From the NCBI GenBank assembly GCA_040402055.1, contig JBBANJ010000001.1:9838-73837 (forward strand): a DNA stretch of 64,000 nt, given 5' to 3'. The notes under the pieces were generated by a model, which was not told the origin of the DNA, did not search any database, and was given only the letters and a program-made list of their open reading frames with translations. Below are positions 27,201-35,467 of the stretch, one piece after another. Origin of the DNA: Ilumatobacteraceae bacterium. Its GTDB lineage: Bacteria > Actinomycetota > Acidimicrobiia > Acidimicrobiales > Ilumatobacteraceae. Made by a program: the position numbers and the translations under genes. Position 1 is the stretch's first letter, and every line of letters begins with the position of its first letter.

Positions 27201-29474
27201 GTGCCACGTAAAGCCCTTTCCGCAACTGCCTGGATCTTTGCAATAATGGCCGTCGGCCTTGGCGCGGCTCATGCAATGAACGCCAACGGTTTTAGCAGTG
27301 CTCCAGCCATTGCTTGCCTAGCAATATGTGTCATTGGCGTTGCTATAGGAATGGTGGCTCACAAAGCACCGTTGCCAGTCGCCGTTCTTGCGGTATTAAC
27401 GGCTATATCTATTCTCGTAGGGCGCATCATCGAAGATAAGGCGACTACGACTCACTCGCTTGTGACCGAATCGTTTTTGCTCTCATCTCAACTACTCCTG
27501 GTCCTCGGTCTGGTTTTCATCATTCGTCGAAGACTCACCGGGCAAGCGGGAAATGTTTTAGCCGATGGACTTATTGTCGGAATCGGTGCCTGGCTCATCG
27601 TGTGGGTTTATCTTGTTCAACCATCTCTCGGCATAACAGGGAATTCAGCGTCATTCACAACAATTCGTAGCTTGACACTTGGTGTCGCGATGATTGTTCT
27701 CTTTCTTTTGGTCACTCTGTTGTTTTCGCAGAATGTGCCCTCGCCGGCCAATGCATTCATAGGCATTGCTATCGCCCTTTCGTTGGCAGGAATCATCTTG
27801 CGAGCCGTTGTGTCACGTGGAGACGTGTCGTTTTCAGCGGCCACCCTTGACGCACCACTTCTTATGGGAATCGCGCTCATGGGAGCAGCTTTTGCTCATC
27901 CATCAATTCGCCACGTTTCTGATGCTGGTTCACACACCGTGATGCCAGTCCTCATGACACGATTGCTCACCACCACGTCATCTCTCGTAGCGCCGATCAT
28001 CATTCTTGCAATAGACAAACCCGCGAATAATCAAGACATCACCGTGCGCACAATAACCGTCTCAATTCTCGCCGCTGTTGTGATGTCACGAGTAGTGCAG
28101 TCGGTGCGCCTCAATGCCAATACTCAAGAACAACTAGTACGAAGCGCTCTTACAGATTCGTTAACTGGACTGCCGAACCGAGTTCTCATGCTTCAGCACA
28201 TTGAAACTGCTTTGCGCTCGTCTTGGAGAACGCATCTTCAACCGACCGTATTATTTATTGACGTAGACAGGTTCAAAAATATTAACGACAGCCTTGGACA
28301 TTCAATCGGTGACGACGTCCTCACCGAAGTGTCAAGGCGCCTCACTTCCGCCGTACCGCCGCACGCCACTGTCGCAAGAATTGCCGGAGATGAGTTTGTA
28401 GTTCTTGATGCGACCACTGAAAGCGTGACGCAATCAGTCCTACTTGCCGAACAAGTTCTTGATTCATTACGCAGTCCAATAAGTACAAGAGATGGCGACA
28501 TGTTCGTCACAGCAAGTATTGGCGTTGCATATGCCCCTACTTCAGTGGAATTATCAGCAAATGAATTGATGCGCCACGCCGATACTGCAATGTATCGCGC
28601 GAAGAACGCTGGCAGAAATTGCATCGCCCTATTTGACGATTCAATGCTCGAAAGCGTTACCAAGCGTCTGGATGTTGAGACAGCTCTCTACAGAGCTCTT
28701 GAACGCAACGAACTTCACCTTGTTCATCAACCAATCGTTGATATCGATTTAGGAATCGTTGTCGGTTTCGAGGCCCTCATGCGATGGGACCGCGGACAGT
28801 CAAATGTCGTCTCACCTGATGAATTCATTCCCATCGCGGAAGAGACCGGAATCATCGTGCCGTTGGGTTCGTGGGCCATTAACGACGCGCTCATGCAACT
28901 TCGGTCATGGATAGATGCAGGTCACTGTTCTCAAAGCACCACGATGAGTGTCAACGTTTCAGTGCGGCAACTTCATGATCCCCAATTTGTCACTGTTGTT
29001 ACCGAAGCTCTTGCGTCTTCAGGCGTTCCTGCAGAACAGCTGTGGTTAGAAGTCACGGAAAGCGTCATGATTACCGAACCGACTCAAGCGCTTGCTTCCC
29101 TTCATCGCCTCAATGACTCGGGAGTTCGCATCGCAATTGATGACTTCGGAACTGGTTACTCATCGCTCTCATTGCTGCAGAGATTTCCCATTCAGTGCAT
29201 CAAAATCGACAGGGCCTTCGTCAACGATGTTGTGACCGAGCCGGCTACCCAGAATATTGTTCGAACTATTATCGCTATGGCTACAGCAATGGGAGCCGAC
29301 ATCGTTGCAGAGGGCGTGGAAAGCGTTGAACAATTGTCTCAACTCAGCTCTCTAGAGTGCCATCGCGCACAAGGTTATTTATTTAGTCGGCCCGTTCATG
29401 TTGACGACGTTCCACGTGTTGTGAAATTCATTGAGGACCCAACTCACTGGCGCGAGATTACAGGACGAAATTAA
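27201..29474 (+). CDS. membrane-bound GGDEF-EAL (c-di-GMP turnover) protein
   Basis: It has a polytopic N-terminal domain (about 8-10 helices). The GGDEF domain has a variant A-site (RIAGDEF). The EAL domain has EALMRW, DDFGTGYSSL, EGVE and QGYLFSRP. The start is uncertain: GTG 27201 or ATG 27246. The ORF part upstream of 27084 overlaps phoH. Confidence 0.85.
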   Translation: MPRKALSATAWIFAIMAVGLGAAHAMNANGFSSAPAIACLAICVIGVAIGMVAHKAPLPVAVLAVLTAISILVGRIIEDKATTTHSLVTESFLLSSQLLLVLGLVFIIRRRLTGQAGNVLADGLIVGIGAWLIVWVYLVQPSLGITGNSASFTTIRSLTLGVAMIVLFLLVTLLFSQNVPSPANAFIGIAIALSLAGIILRAVVSRGDVSFSAATLDAPLLMGIALMGAAFAHPSIRHVSDAGSHTVMPVLMTRLLTTTSSLVAPIIILAIDKPANNQDITVRTITVSILAAVVMSRVVQSVRLNANTQEQLVRSALTDSLTGLPNRVLMLQHIETALRSSWRTHLQPTVLFIDVDRFKNINDSLGHSIGDDVLTEVSRRLTSAVPPHATVARIAGDEFVVLDATTESVTQSVLLAEQVLDSLRSPISTRDGDMFVTASIGVAYAPTSVELSANELMRHADTAMYRAKNAGRNCIALFDDSMLESVTKRLDVETALYRALERNELHLVHQPIVDIDLGIVVGFEALMRWDRGQSNVVSPDEFIPIAEETGIIVPLGSWAINDALMQLRSWIDAGHCSQSTTMSVNVSVRQLHDPQFVTVVTEALASSGVPAEQLWLEVTESVMITEPTQALASLHRLNDSGVRIAIDDFGTGYSSLSLLQRFPIQCIKIDRAFVNDVVTEPATQNIVRTIIAMATAMGADIVAEGVESVEQLSQLSSLECHRAQGYLFSRPVHVDDVPRVVKFIEDPTHWREITGRN

Positions 29475-31549
29475 AGTGGTGCGCCAGCGGATGTAATGCT
29501 GCCGTCAGGATTCCTGATGAACAGCTCAACGGTGTGAGCTCCAGGCGTGAGCAGTGTGTAGTCCAGCAACGCGGTGAAGTTAACTACCGACCGTGCACCG
29601 GACAATTCTCCAACCACTCCTGCTGCAATTCCGTCAATGGCGATGATTCCTTCTGTTCCAACTTCTAGGCCGTTTAAAACCGTCACTTCGCCCGTCACTA
29701 ATGCAGGAATCATTGCCCCTCGCTTGTCGGAAACATTCGTAAACAAGCGCTTCTGATTAGTACTCCACTCAGAAATTCGCGAGTCAGCCGCGTGCTCTCC
29801 CATTCGAGTGCCAATCAGTGATGCGCTTTGACCTACCGAGGCAACATTACGAATCGGTCCAACATTCGAAACGATCTGTGCATAGGACGCCGCCCGAGCT
29901 CTGGCTTCTTCAAAACCACCCGATAGTTCTGCCCTTTGCCCAGTGGCGGAAACTATTTTTCGAGTCCTACTCAACGGGCAATTACGTGCAAGCGATTCAC
30001 CGGCGAAAGTCCATGATGTCTTTGTCTGAGTGACTTCAATGATTGTTGGCAACAGATCCAAATTGGTTATGGCACAATCATCAGATCTACCAGATTGTTG
30101 ATTCGGGTATTTAATGAATGTCGGAACTCGGTAAATGTCGGCAACCTGATCTGGATCCGTAAAATCAGTATGCCTTTGCGGCATCGTAGGAATAAACGAG
30201 ATTCCATGGTCTGCAGTTACAACCAACATCGTTGATTCCCATTTGCCAGATTTTTTTAACTGGGCGACCAGATTTTGCATCACACGATCAGCAGCACCTA
30301 CTTGATACAAGAAAGTCTGATACATATCTCGAATCACTTCTTCGTTATCTGGATTCTGCGTAGAAATAATTGGAGACAACTGGTCAACTCGAAGATCAGG
30401 CGTAATTCTCCACGGGGCATGTGGCAACAGAGCATGAACTACCTGCACACGAGAGGATTTGGACTCAGACACAATCTTCACAGACCGATCTACGGCATCA
30501 ACTTGTGACAATGCCCCAACGTCAAACTGGTCTTTGAATTCGTTTGCAACTGCGCCAAAACCACCCCAGGTTCCCTCAATAGATGGAACATATTTACGTA
30601 ATATCGGAGGAAGAACGCGTTGACCGTACACATACGACGCATCGCGTAAGAAAGTTTTCAGCCGACCAGCACTAAACGACGCAGTTGCTCCGACTTTTCC
30701 GCCACACACCGAATGCGGACACAAACTTGTGACTGGCTCAATTCCCCCAACGGATGTTGCGCCAGCAAACAGGGTAAAGATATTTTTGGGATATTGCGAA
30801 AGAAACGGCCCACCGCTCTGCGCAGGGACGGACGACGACAAAATCGCAGGCACCGCTTGATGAGTGAAGTTCGACTCCGCCACTGAATTGCGATACCACG
30901 TAGAACCTTGAGCCAATTCTGCAAACCCAGGAAAACGTTTGGCGTTAATTTGTCCGTCAGCCCCAAGTAAGGAGTACAACGGGAACTCATCAAAAATGAC
31001 CTGCAGAACCGTGACCTTCTTATTACCTACCATCGCATCAGACTTTGGGCCATTTGATTCCAACAGGACGGGCTGCATTGCGATGACTGCGCTTCCCACG
31101 ACCGCGACAGCCAGAAGTGACAACCAACGAGACCACTCGCGAACTGGTTTGGATCTATCAAACGCGTATGGAACCACCAGAGCGAAGACAACTCCAATTG
31201 CAACAGATGGAACCGTTCTATTTATGTCAAGCCAACGAGCTACTGCCCATCCCAACACCAGGGATAGAACGCTTATCAGGCTCAATCGCATCGCCTCATT
31301 GACCTTTGGTCCGAATAACGCAGAGAAGCGGTCTAAACCGATGCATGCAAGTGCAGGGGCAAGCCCAATGATGAGCAGGAACACCAAAACTTCCAGCGGT
31401 GACAACTTTGCGGCCGAGAAAACAGTTGTGTTCTTGCCATACAGATCCAGCAATGGCTGGGCTATCGCCATCGTTGACAGAGCCAAATAGGTCAAAAAGT
31501 GCCGGCGGAACATCCGACAACCTTGCCACAATGGGAGGGTGGTGTTCAT
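29471..31549 (-). CDS. membrane-anchored alkaline-phosphatase-superfamily enzyme (LtaS / phosphoethanolamine-transferase / sulfatase-like)
   Basis: It has N-terminal TM helices followed by a sulfatase-type domain (IFDEFP metal site, SNFTHQAVP candidate Thr nucleophile, LVVTADHGISF) and an extra C-terminal beta-rich domain. The start is ATG 31549 or ATG 31513. Confidence 0.7.
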   Translation of the reverse strand: MNTTLPLWQGCRMFRRHFLTYLALSTMAIAQPLLDLYGKNTTVFSAAKLSPLEVLVFLLIIGLAPALACIGLDRFSALFGPKVNEAMRLSLISVLSLVLGWAVARWLDINRTVPSVAIGVVFALVVPYAFDRSKPVREWSRWLSLLAVAVVGSAVIAMQPVLLESNGPKSDAMVGNKKVTVLQVIFDEFPLYSLLGADGQINAKRFPGFAELAQGSTWYRNSVAESNFTHQAVPAILSSSVPAQSGGPFLSQYPKNIFTLFAGATSVGGIEPVTSLCPHSVCGGKVGATASFSAGRLKTFLRDASYVYGQRVLPPILRKYVPSIEGTWGGFGAVANEFKDQFDVGALSQVDAVDRSVKIVSESKSSRVQVVHALLPHAPWRITPDLRVDQLSPIISTQNPDNEEVIRDMYQTFLYQVGAADRVMQNLVAQLKKSGKWESTMLVVTADHGISFIPTMPQRHTDFTDPDQVADIYRVPTFIKYPNQQSGRSDDCAITNLDLLPTIIEVTQTKTSWTFAGESLARNCPLSRTRKIVSATGQRAELSGGFEEARARAASYAQIVSNVGPIRNVASVGQSASLIGTRMGEHAADSRISEWSTNQKRLFTNVSDKRGAMIPALVTGEVTVLNGLEVGTEGIIAIDGIAAGVVGELSGARSVVNFTALLDYTLLTPGAHTVELFIRNPDGSITSAGAPL

Positions 31550-32330
31550 GTCTCGTTCTTCTTTAGCTCGCGTAAGAGACATCTCTATTTCCGCATTGGC
31601 CGTTATGGGGCTTTCGTTGCTGCCCTCCCCAAGTTCCGTTGATGGCCGTGCTGTTGCCATTGGAACCAATGGTCAAGGAACACTGCTGGTGGTTGGCGAC
31701 AGTCTCACGGTCGGCACTGAAGCGTTTGGCACTCTCTCGGCAAAGGTCAACTCCCTCGGCACCTGGGTCAATGTCGTGGTCGATGCAAAGGTTGGCCGCA
31801 AAGCATCACTCGGCGCAACAGTCATAGAAAAAGGACTGACTTCCTCAACCACTGCTTTGGTAATTGCTCTCGGCACCAACGACATGATTTCGAAACCAGA
31901 AACGTGGTATCCACGATGGGTAATTGATGCCGTGATGCAAAAAACTCGCGGCCTACCAGTGCTGTGGGTCAATTTGGAGTTCTCTCAAACCGGGCGAAGT
32001 GATTGGCGTGCACGAGGCGTTCGCTTTAACAAAGAATTGCGATTAGCGAAACTTCGCTATCCGAATCTTGCAATCGCAGATTGGAACACTGCATTCACAC
32101 CCAAATCTAAAAGCCGATTCATTGAAGATGGCGTGCACCTATCAGTCTCTGGATATAAAACTAGAAGTGCGTTCTTAGTTCCTGAGATTTCATCATTTGG
32201 TACAGCGATTATTAACGCCACAACGACCACAAGTTCGACAAGCACTACAACGACTTCAACCGTCGCCCCCACCACCACAACAACTTCGACTAGTTCAACG
32301 ACAACAACGACAACAACTATCGGCCGATAG
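31548..32330 (+). CDS. secreted SGNH/GDSL hydrolase with a C-terminal Thr/Ser-rich tail
   Basis: It has a signal-like N-terminus and SGNH blocks GDSLTVG, GTND and DGVHLS. The tail is TTTTSSTSTTTTSTVAPTTTTTSTSSTTTTTTTIGR. A GGGAGGG RBS lies 8 nt before the ATG at 31548. Confidence 0.8.
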   Translation: MSRSSLARVRDISISALAVMGLSLLPSPSSVDGRAVAIGTNGQGTLLVVGDSLTVGTEAFGTLSAKVNSLGTWVNVVVDAKVGRKASLGATVIEKGLTSSTTALVIALGTNDMISKPETWYPRWVIDAVMQKTRGLPVLWVNLEFSQTGRSDWRARGVRFNKELRLAKLRYPNLAIADWNTAFTPKSKSRFIEDGVHLSVSGYKTRSAFLVPEISSFGTAIINATTTTSSTSTTTTSTVAPTTTTTSTSSTTTTTTTIGR

Positions 32331-32350
32331 CCGAGGAGTACAGTTCTTCA

Positions 32351-33295
32351 ATGCGTGCAGTCACATCTTCTAGTGGTTCAGTCTTCGTGGGTGACCATGA
32401 TGACCCGACAGGATCAGGCGAACTCATCACCGTTACTTCGGTCGGAATTTGTGGTTCAGATTTACACCTCATTGCAACAGGTCTTTCGGGCGTTATTCTC
32501 GGACACGAATTCGGAGGCTTCACAGAAGACGGCACTCTTGTCGCTGTTCGCCCCACCGGAGAATGCGGAACATGTCCTCAATGCTTGTCTGGATTCCCAC
32601 ACACATGCCACCATGCAGCAGCTTCACTCCATGGCACCTCTATTGATGGCGGTTTGGCAGAACTCGTCAGAGTTGAACCGTCCCGCCTTATTCCGGTGCC
32701 CGCCGGTACCGACCCGGCAAGTGTGGGCCTCGTAGAACCACTCGCCGTCGTAATTCACGGAATCAACCGAGTCACCCTGAGGCCGAGCATGTCCGCCCTT
32801 GTAGTGGGCTCTGGCTCTATTGGGCTGCTGACGGCGGCAGTACTCGCAGACCGAGGAGTCAATGTCGACATTGTGTGTCGACACCCTCATCAATTTGAAG
32901 CAGCCGAAAAACTGGGGGTAAGCGCTGTATCCACACCGGGCAGGAACTACGACGTCTCATTTGATGCCGTCTGCACACAAGAGTCGCTAGACACTTGTTT
33001 CAACGCAACTCGTCCACGTGGAGACGTTGTTGAGTTCGGAATGATCTGGGGCAGCATTCAACTGAAGAATCAAATGATGTTGAAAGAAATCTCTCTCGTT
33101 CCATCAATTTTCTATAGCCACAATCACGAACAAAACGATTTTGCAGATGCCGTCGACATGCTTGTTCGACATCCTGAACTTACGACAACGCTTGTGACGC
33201 ACCGTTTTTCATTAGAAGATTCAGTTCGCGCTTTCGTAGTTGCAAACGATCGACGAGCCGGCGCAATTAAAGTGCACATTTTTTCCCACCTGTAA
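32351..33295 (+). CDS. zinc-dependent alcohol dehydrogenase (MDR family)
   Basis: 314 aa with GICGSDLH, GHEFGG, the structural-zinc Cys cluster CGTCPQCLSGFPHTC, and GSGSIG. Confidence 0.85.
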   Translation: MRAVTSSSGSVFVGDHDDPTGSGELITVTSVGICGSDLHLIATGLSGVILGHEFGGFTEDGTLVAVRPTGECGTCPQCLSGFPHTCHHAAASLHGTSIDGGLAELVRVEPSRLIPVPAGTDPASVGLVEPLAVVIHGINRVTLRPSMSALVVGSGSIGLLTAAVLADRGVNVDIVCRHPHQFEAAEKLGVSAVSTPGRNYDVSFDAVCTQESLDTCFNATRPRGDVVEFGMIWGSIQLKNQMMLKEISLVPSIFYSHNHEQNDFADAVDMLVRHPELTTTLVTHRFSLEDSVRAFVVANDRRAGAIKVHIFSHL

Positions 33296-33329
33296 ATTAT
33301 TTTTCACAAACGATTGTGAAAAATATTTG
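33296..33329. promoter_or_regulatory. AT-rich 15-bp inverted repeat (1 mismatch): weak adh terminator or operator upstream of SBP1
   Basis: AATTATTTTTCACAA-ACGA-TTGTGAAAAATATTT sits directly after the adh stop and 145 nt before the SBP1 ATG. Confidence 0.4.
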
Positions 33330-33432
33330 GTTGCTACACACAATTTTTCTTACAAAAATGTTGGCTAAACATAGTTGGTGTCTTTCGTCACATGACCTAC
33401 GTCACGGCAAATACGGCACTACCTTGAGTGTT

Positions 33433-33450
33433 GTCACACCACTGGGGTGC
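33433..33450 (+). promoter_or_regulatory. conserved leader hairpin/operator motif (copy 1) upstream of SBP1
   Basis: GTCACACCACTGGGGTGC lies 23 nt before the ATG and is followed by an AGGGG RBS. The same motif occurs before SBP2 and SBP3. Confidence 0.5.
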
Positions 33451-33473
33451 TGACAGTTTTAGGGGTAATTCTT

Positions 33474-35252
33474 ATGACACAAACTCACTCAATGCGCTCA
33501 CGTGTTTTGCGTCGCGTTGCTGTTGCAGTAGCAACAGCAATAGCGATTTCAACCGTGGCCTCTACCGGCACTCAAGCAGCTGCCGATCCATCTGCTGCAA
33601 AGTATGGCGGAGAAGTAAAAGTCGGAATCTTCGACACCTTCCCTGGTTTCTGTGTTGGCAACAACCCAGCAAACTCTGCACTGATGGCAGTTCGTTCGAT
33701 GTACGAAACATTGTTTGAGCGCACAGTCGGTGGCGACTATGTCGGCCTTCTTGCAAGTGGAGCAGTTGCTTCACCTGACTTGAAGACTTGGACCATCACA
33801 CTTCGCGAAGGAATCACATTCCACGACGGTGCAGCTTTCAATGCTGCAGCAGTTGTCACGAACTACCAAGCAATCACTGGTCTTATCGCTGCTGGCGCTT
33901 ACGCTGCCGGTGGTCTTGCTGGTTATGCATCAAAGGGCTACACAGTTGGCACCGCTGTTGCATTCGCTGCAAACATCAAGAGCTTCTCAGCCAAGTCAAC
34001 ATACGTAGTTGAGTTCAACCTTGATCGCGCACAAAATGACTTCCTTGGAACTCTCTACGCATCAGGCCGTGGTTTCATGCGCTCACCTGCACAGTACGCA
34101 TCAGCAACAGCTTGCGCATCTGCACCAGTTGGTACCGGACCATTCAAAGTTGTGAGCTGGTCAACAGATTCGCTCGTCGTTGCTAAGAATGCTTCGTACT
34201 GGCGTACAGACCCAAACACAAATGCAAAATTGCCATACCTTGACAAGATCACATTCTCGAATGTGAAAGAAGGTTCACAGCGCGCAGCTGCAGTCCGTAA
34301 GGGCGCACTCGACGCAGGTATGTTCACAAGTGCATCAGAAGGAACATTCATCAAAGACTTGCGTAAGCGCAAGTCAGTGGTTACCGAATTCAAGTCAGCT
34401 CTTGAATACTTCCCATCATTGTGGTTGAACCAAGGCAAGCCTGGCTCACCATTCAAGAGCAAGAATGCTCGCCTTGCAGTCCTTTCATGTCTTGACCGCG
34501 TTAACTACGTCAAGGTACGCACCAAGGGTGAAGGTGCAGTATCGACATCATTGGTTGGACCAAACAGCGATATGTACACAACTCGTGGATACTCAAAGTT
34601 TGATGTAGCCGCTTCGAAGGATTACGTTGCTGCCTACAAAGCAGAGACCGGTAAAGCTGATCTCACATTCACAATGCCGGTTGATACAACCTCTAACTCA
34701 CAAGCCAACTTCAAGTTCCTCCAAGAGACTTGGGCAAAGTGCGGAATCACAGCAAACTCAGTTACTGAAGAAACAGCAGTGATTATTGCTAAGGCATTCA
34801 ACGCTGCACCGAAAGTTGCTTCTGGCGAGTACTACAACGCATACGACTTGCTTCCAATCCTTCTCTTCGAAGGAAAAGACGTCACGTTCAACTTGCCGTT
34901 CGTAACCACGAATGCATTCCCTGCAACAAGTACAAGCCCAGTAAAGGCTCTCTTCCAGGCCAGCGTTGGTGTTGTTCTGTCATTGAACCACCACTCGGAC
35001 CTCGCAGTAGACACCATTTTCTACGCGGGACAGGCTGCACAATCTCGTGTAGCTGCCAAGACCAAGTACGCAGAAGGTACTGCTTACCTACAGGCCAACG
35101 GCTTCATGGGTAACCTCAACTACCAGTACTACACACTCTTCACCACGAAGAAGCTCGCCGGAATTGGCAAGCTTCAATTGGTAAAGGGCAAGACACAGCG
35201 CGTTGTCACCAACTGGGGCATCGACTGGACTGGCGTATACAAGACGGCATAA
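33474..35252 (+). CDS. ABC transporter substrate-binding protein, family 5 (peptide/nickel type), paralogue 1
   Basis: About 592 aa with an SBP_bac_5 pattern. It is a close paralogue of 35468..37243 and carries signal peptide MTQTHSMRSRVLRRVAVAVATAIAISTVASTGTQAAA with no lipobox Cys. Confidence 0.85.
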   Translation: MTQTHSMRSRVLRRVAVAVATAIAISTVASTGTQAAADPSAAKYGGEVKVGIFDTFPGFCVGNNPANSALMAVRSMYETLFERTVGGDYVGLLASGAVASPDLKTWTITLREGITFHDGAAFNAAAVVTNYQAITGLIAAGAYAAGGLAGYASKGYTVGTAVAFAANIKSFSAKSTYVVEFNLDRAQNDFLGTLYASGRGFMRSPAQYASATACASAPVGTGPFKVVSWSTDSLVVAKNASYWRTDPNTNAKLPYLDKITFSNVKEGSQRAAAVRKGALDAGMFTSASEGTFIKDLRKRKSVVTEFKSALEYFPSLWLNQGKPGSPFKSKNARLAVLSCLDRVNYVKVRTKGEGAVSTSLVGPNSDMYTTRGYSKFDVAASKDYVAAYKAETGKADLTFTMPVDTTSNSQANFKFLQETWAKCGITANSVTEETAVIIAKAFNAAPKVASGEYYNAYDLLPILLFEGKDVTFNLPFVTTNAFPATSTSPVKALFQASVGVVLSLNHHSDLAVDTIFYAGQAAQSRVAAKTKYAEGTAYLQANGFMGNLNYQYYTLFTTKKLAGIGKLQLVKGKTQRVVTNWGIDWTGVYKTA

Positions 35253-35276
35253 TCGCCCTCTCAACACACCATCTTC

Positions 35277-35326
35277 AAAGGGGATGGGGGTTTTCCGAAA
35301 GGACTACCCCCATCCCCTTTGTATTT
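35277..35326 (+). terminator. intrinsic terminator after SBP1
   Basis: A perfect 14-bp stem AAAGGGGATGGGGG / CCCCCATCCCCTTT (35277..35290 and 35307..35320) is followed by GTATTT. Confidence 0.75.
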
Positions 35327-35350
35327 GGCTGAAACCCGCAATTGGTAGAT

Positions 35351-35381
35351 GAATTATTTGCTGAGAACAAGCAAATAATTC
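35351..35381. promoter_or_regulatory. perfect 12-bp inverted repeat between the SBP1 terminator and SBP2
   Basis: GAATTATTTGCT-GAGAACA-AGCAAATAATTC is a candidate operator. Confidence 0.45.
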
Positions 35382-35427
35382 CCCCGTGTCTGGCGTCACC
35401 TCATTACTGGCTGATATGGTGACTGCT

Positions 35428-35448
35428 GTCACACCAATACTGGTGTGC
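35428..35448 (+). promoter_or_regulatory. conserved leader hairpin/operator motif (copy 2) upstream of SBP2
   Basis: GTCACACCAATACTGGTGTGC (7-bp arms CACACCA/TGGTGTG) lies 19 nt before the ATG and is followed by a GGGGGGG RBS. Confidence 0.5.
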
Positions 35449-35467
35449 ATTTTGGGGGGGAAACTCA

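Noticed and set aside
30939-31490. 183-aa plus-strand ORF
   Set aside because: It is embedded antisense in the N-terminal membrane domain of the LtaS-like gene. I recognised no motif and it has no RBS.
33301-33324. Possible CRP/GlxR binding site
   Set aside because: The core is TCACA-N6-TGTGA. This is the inverted arrangement of the TGTGA-N6-TCACA consensus, and the two are not equivalent on either strand.
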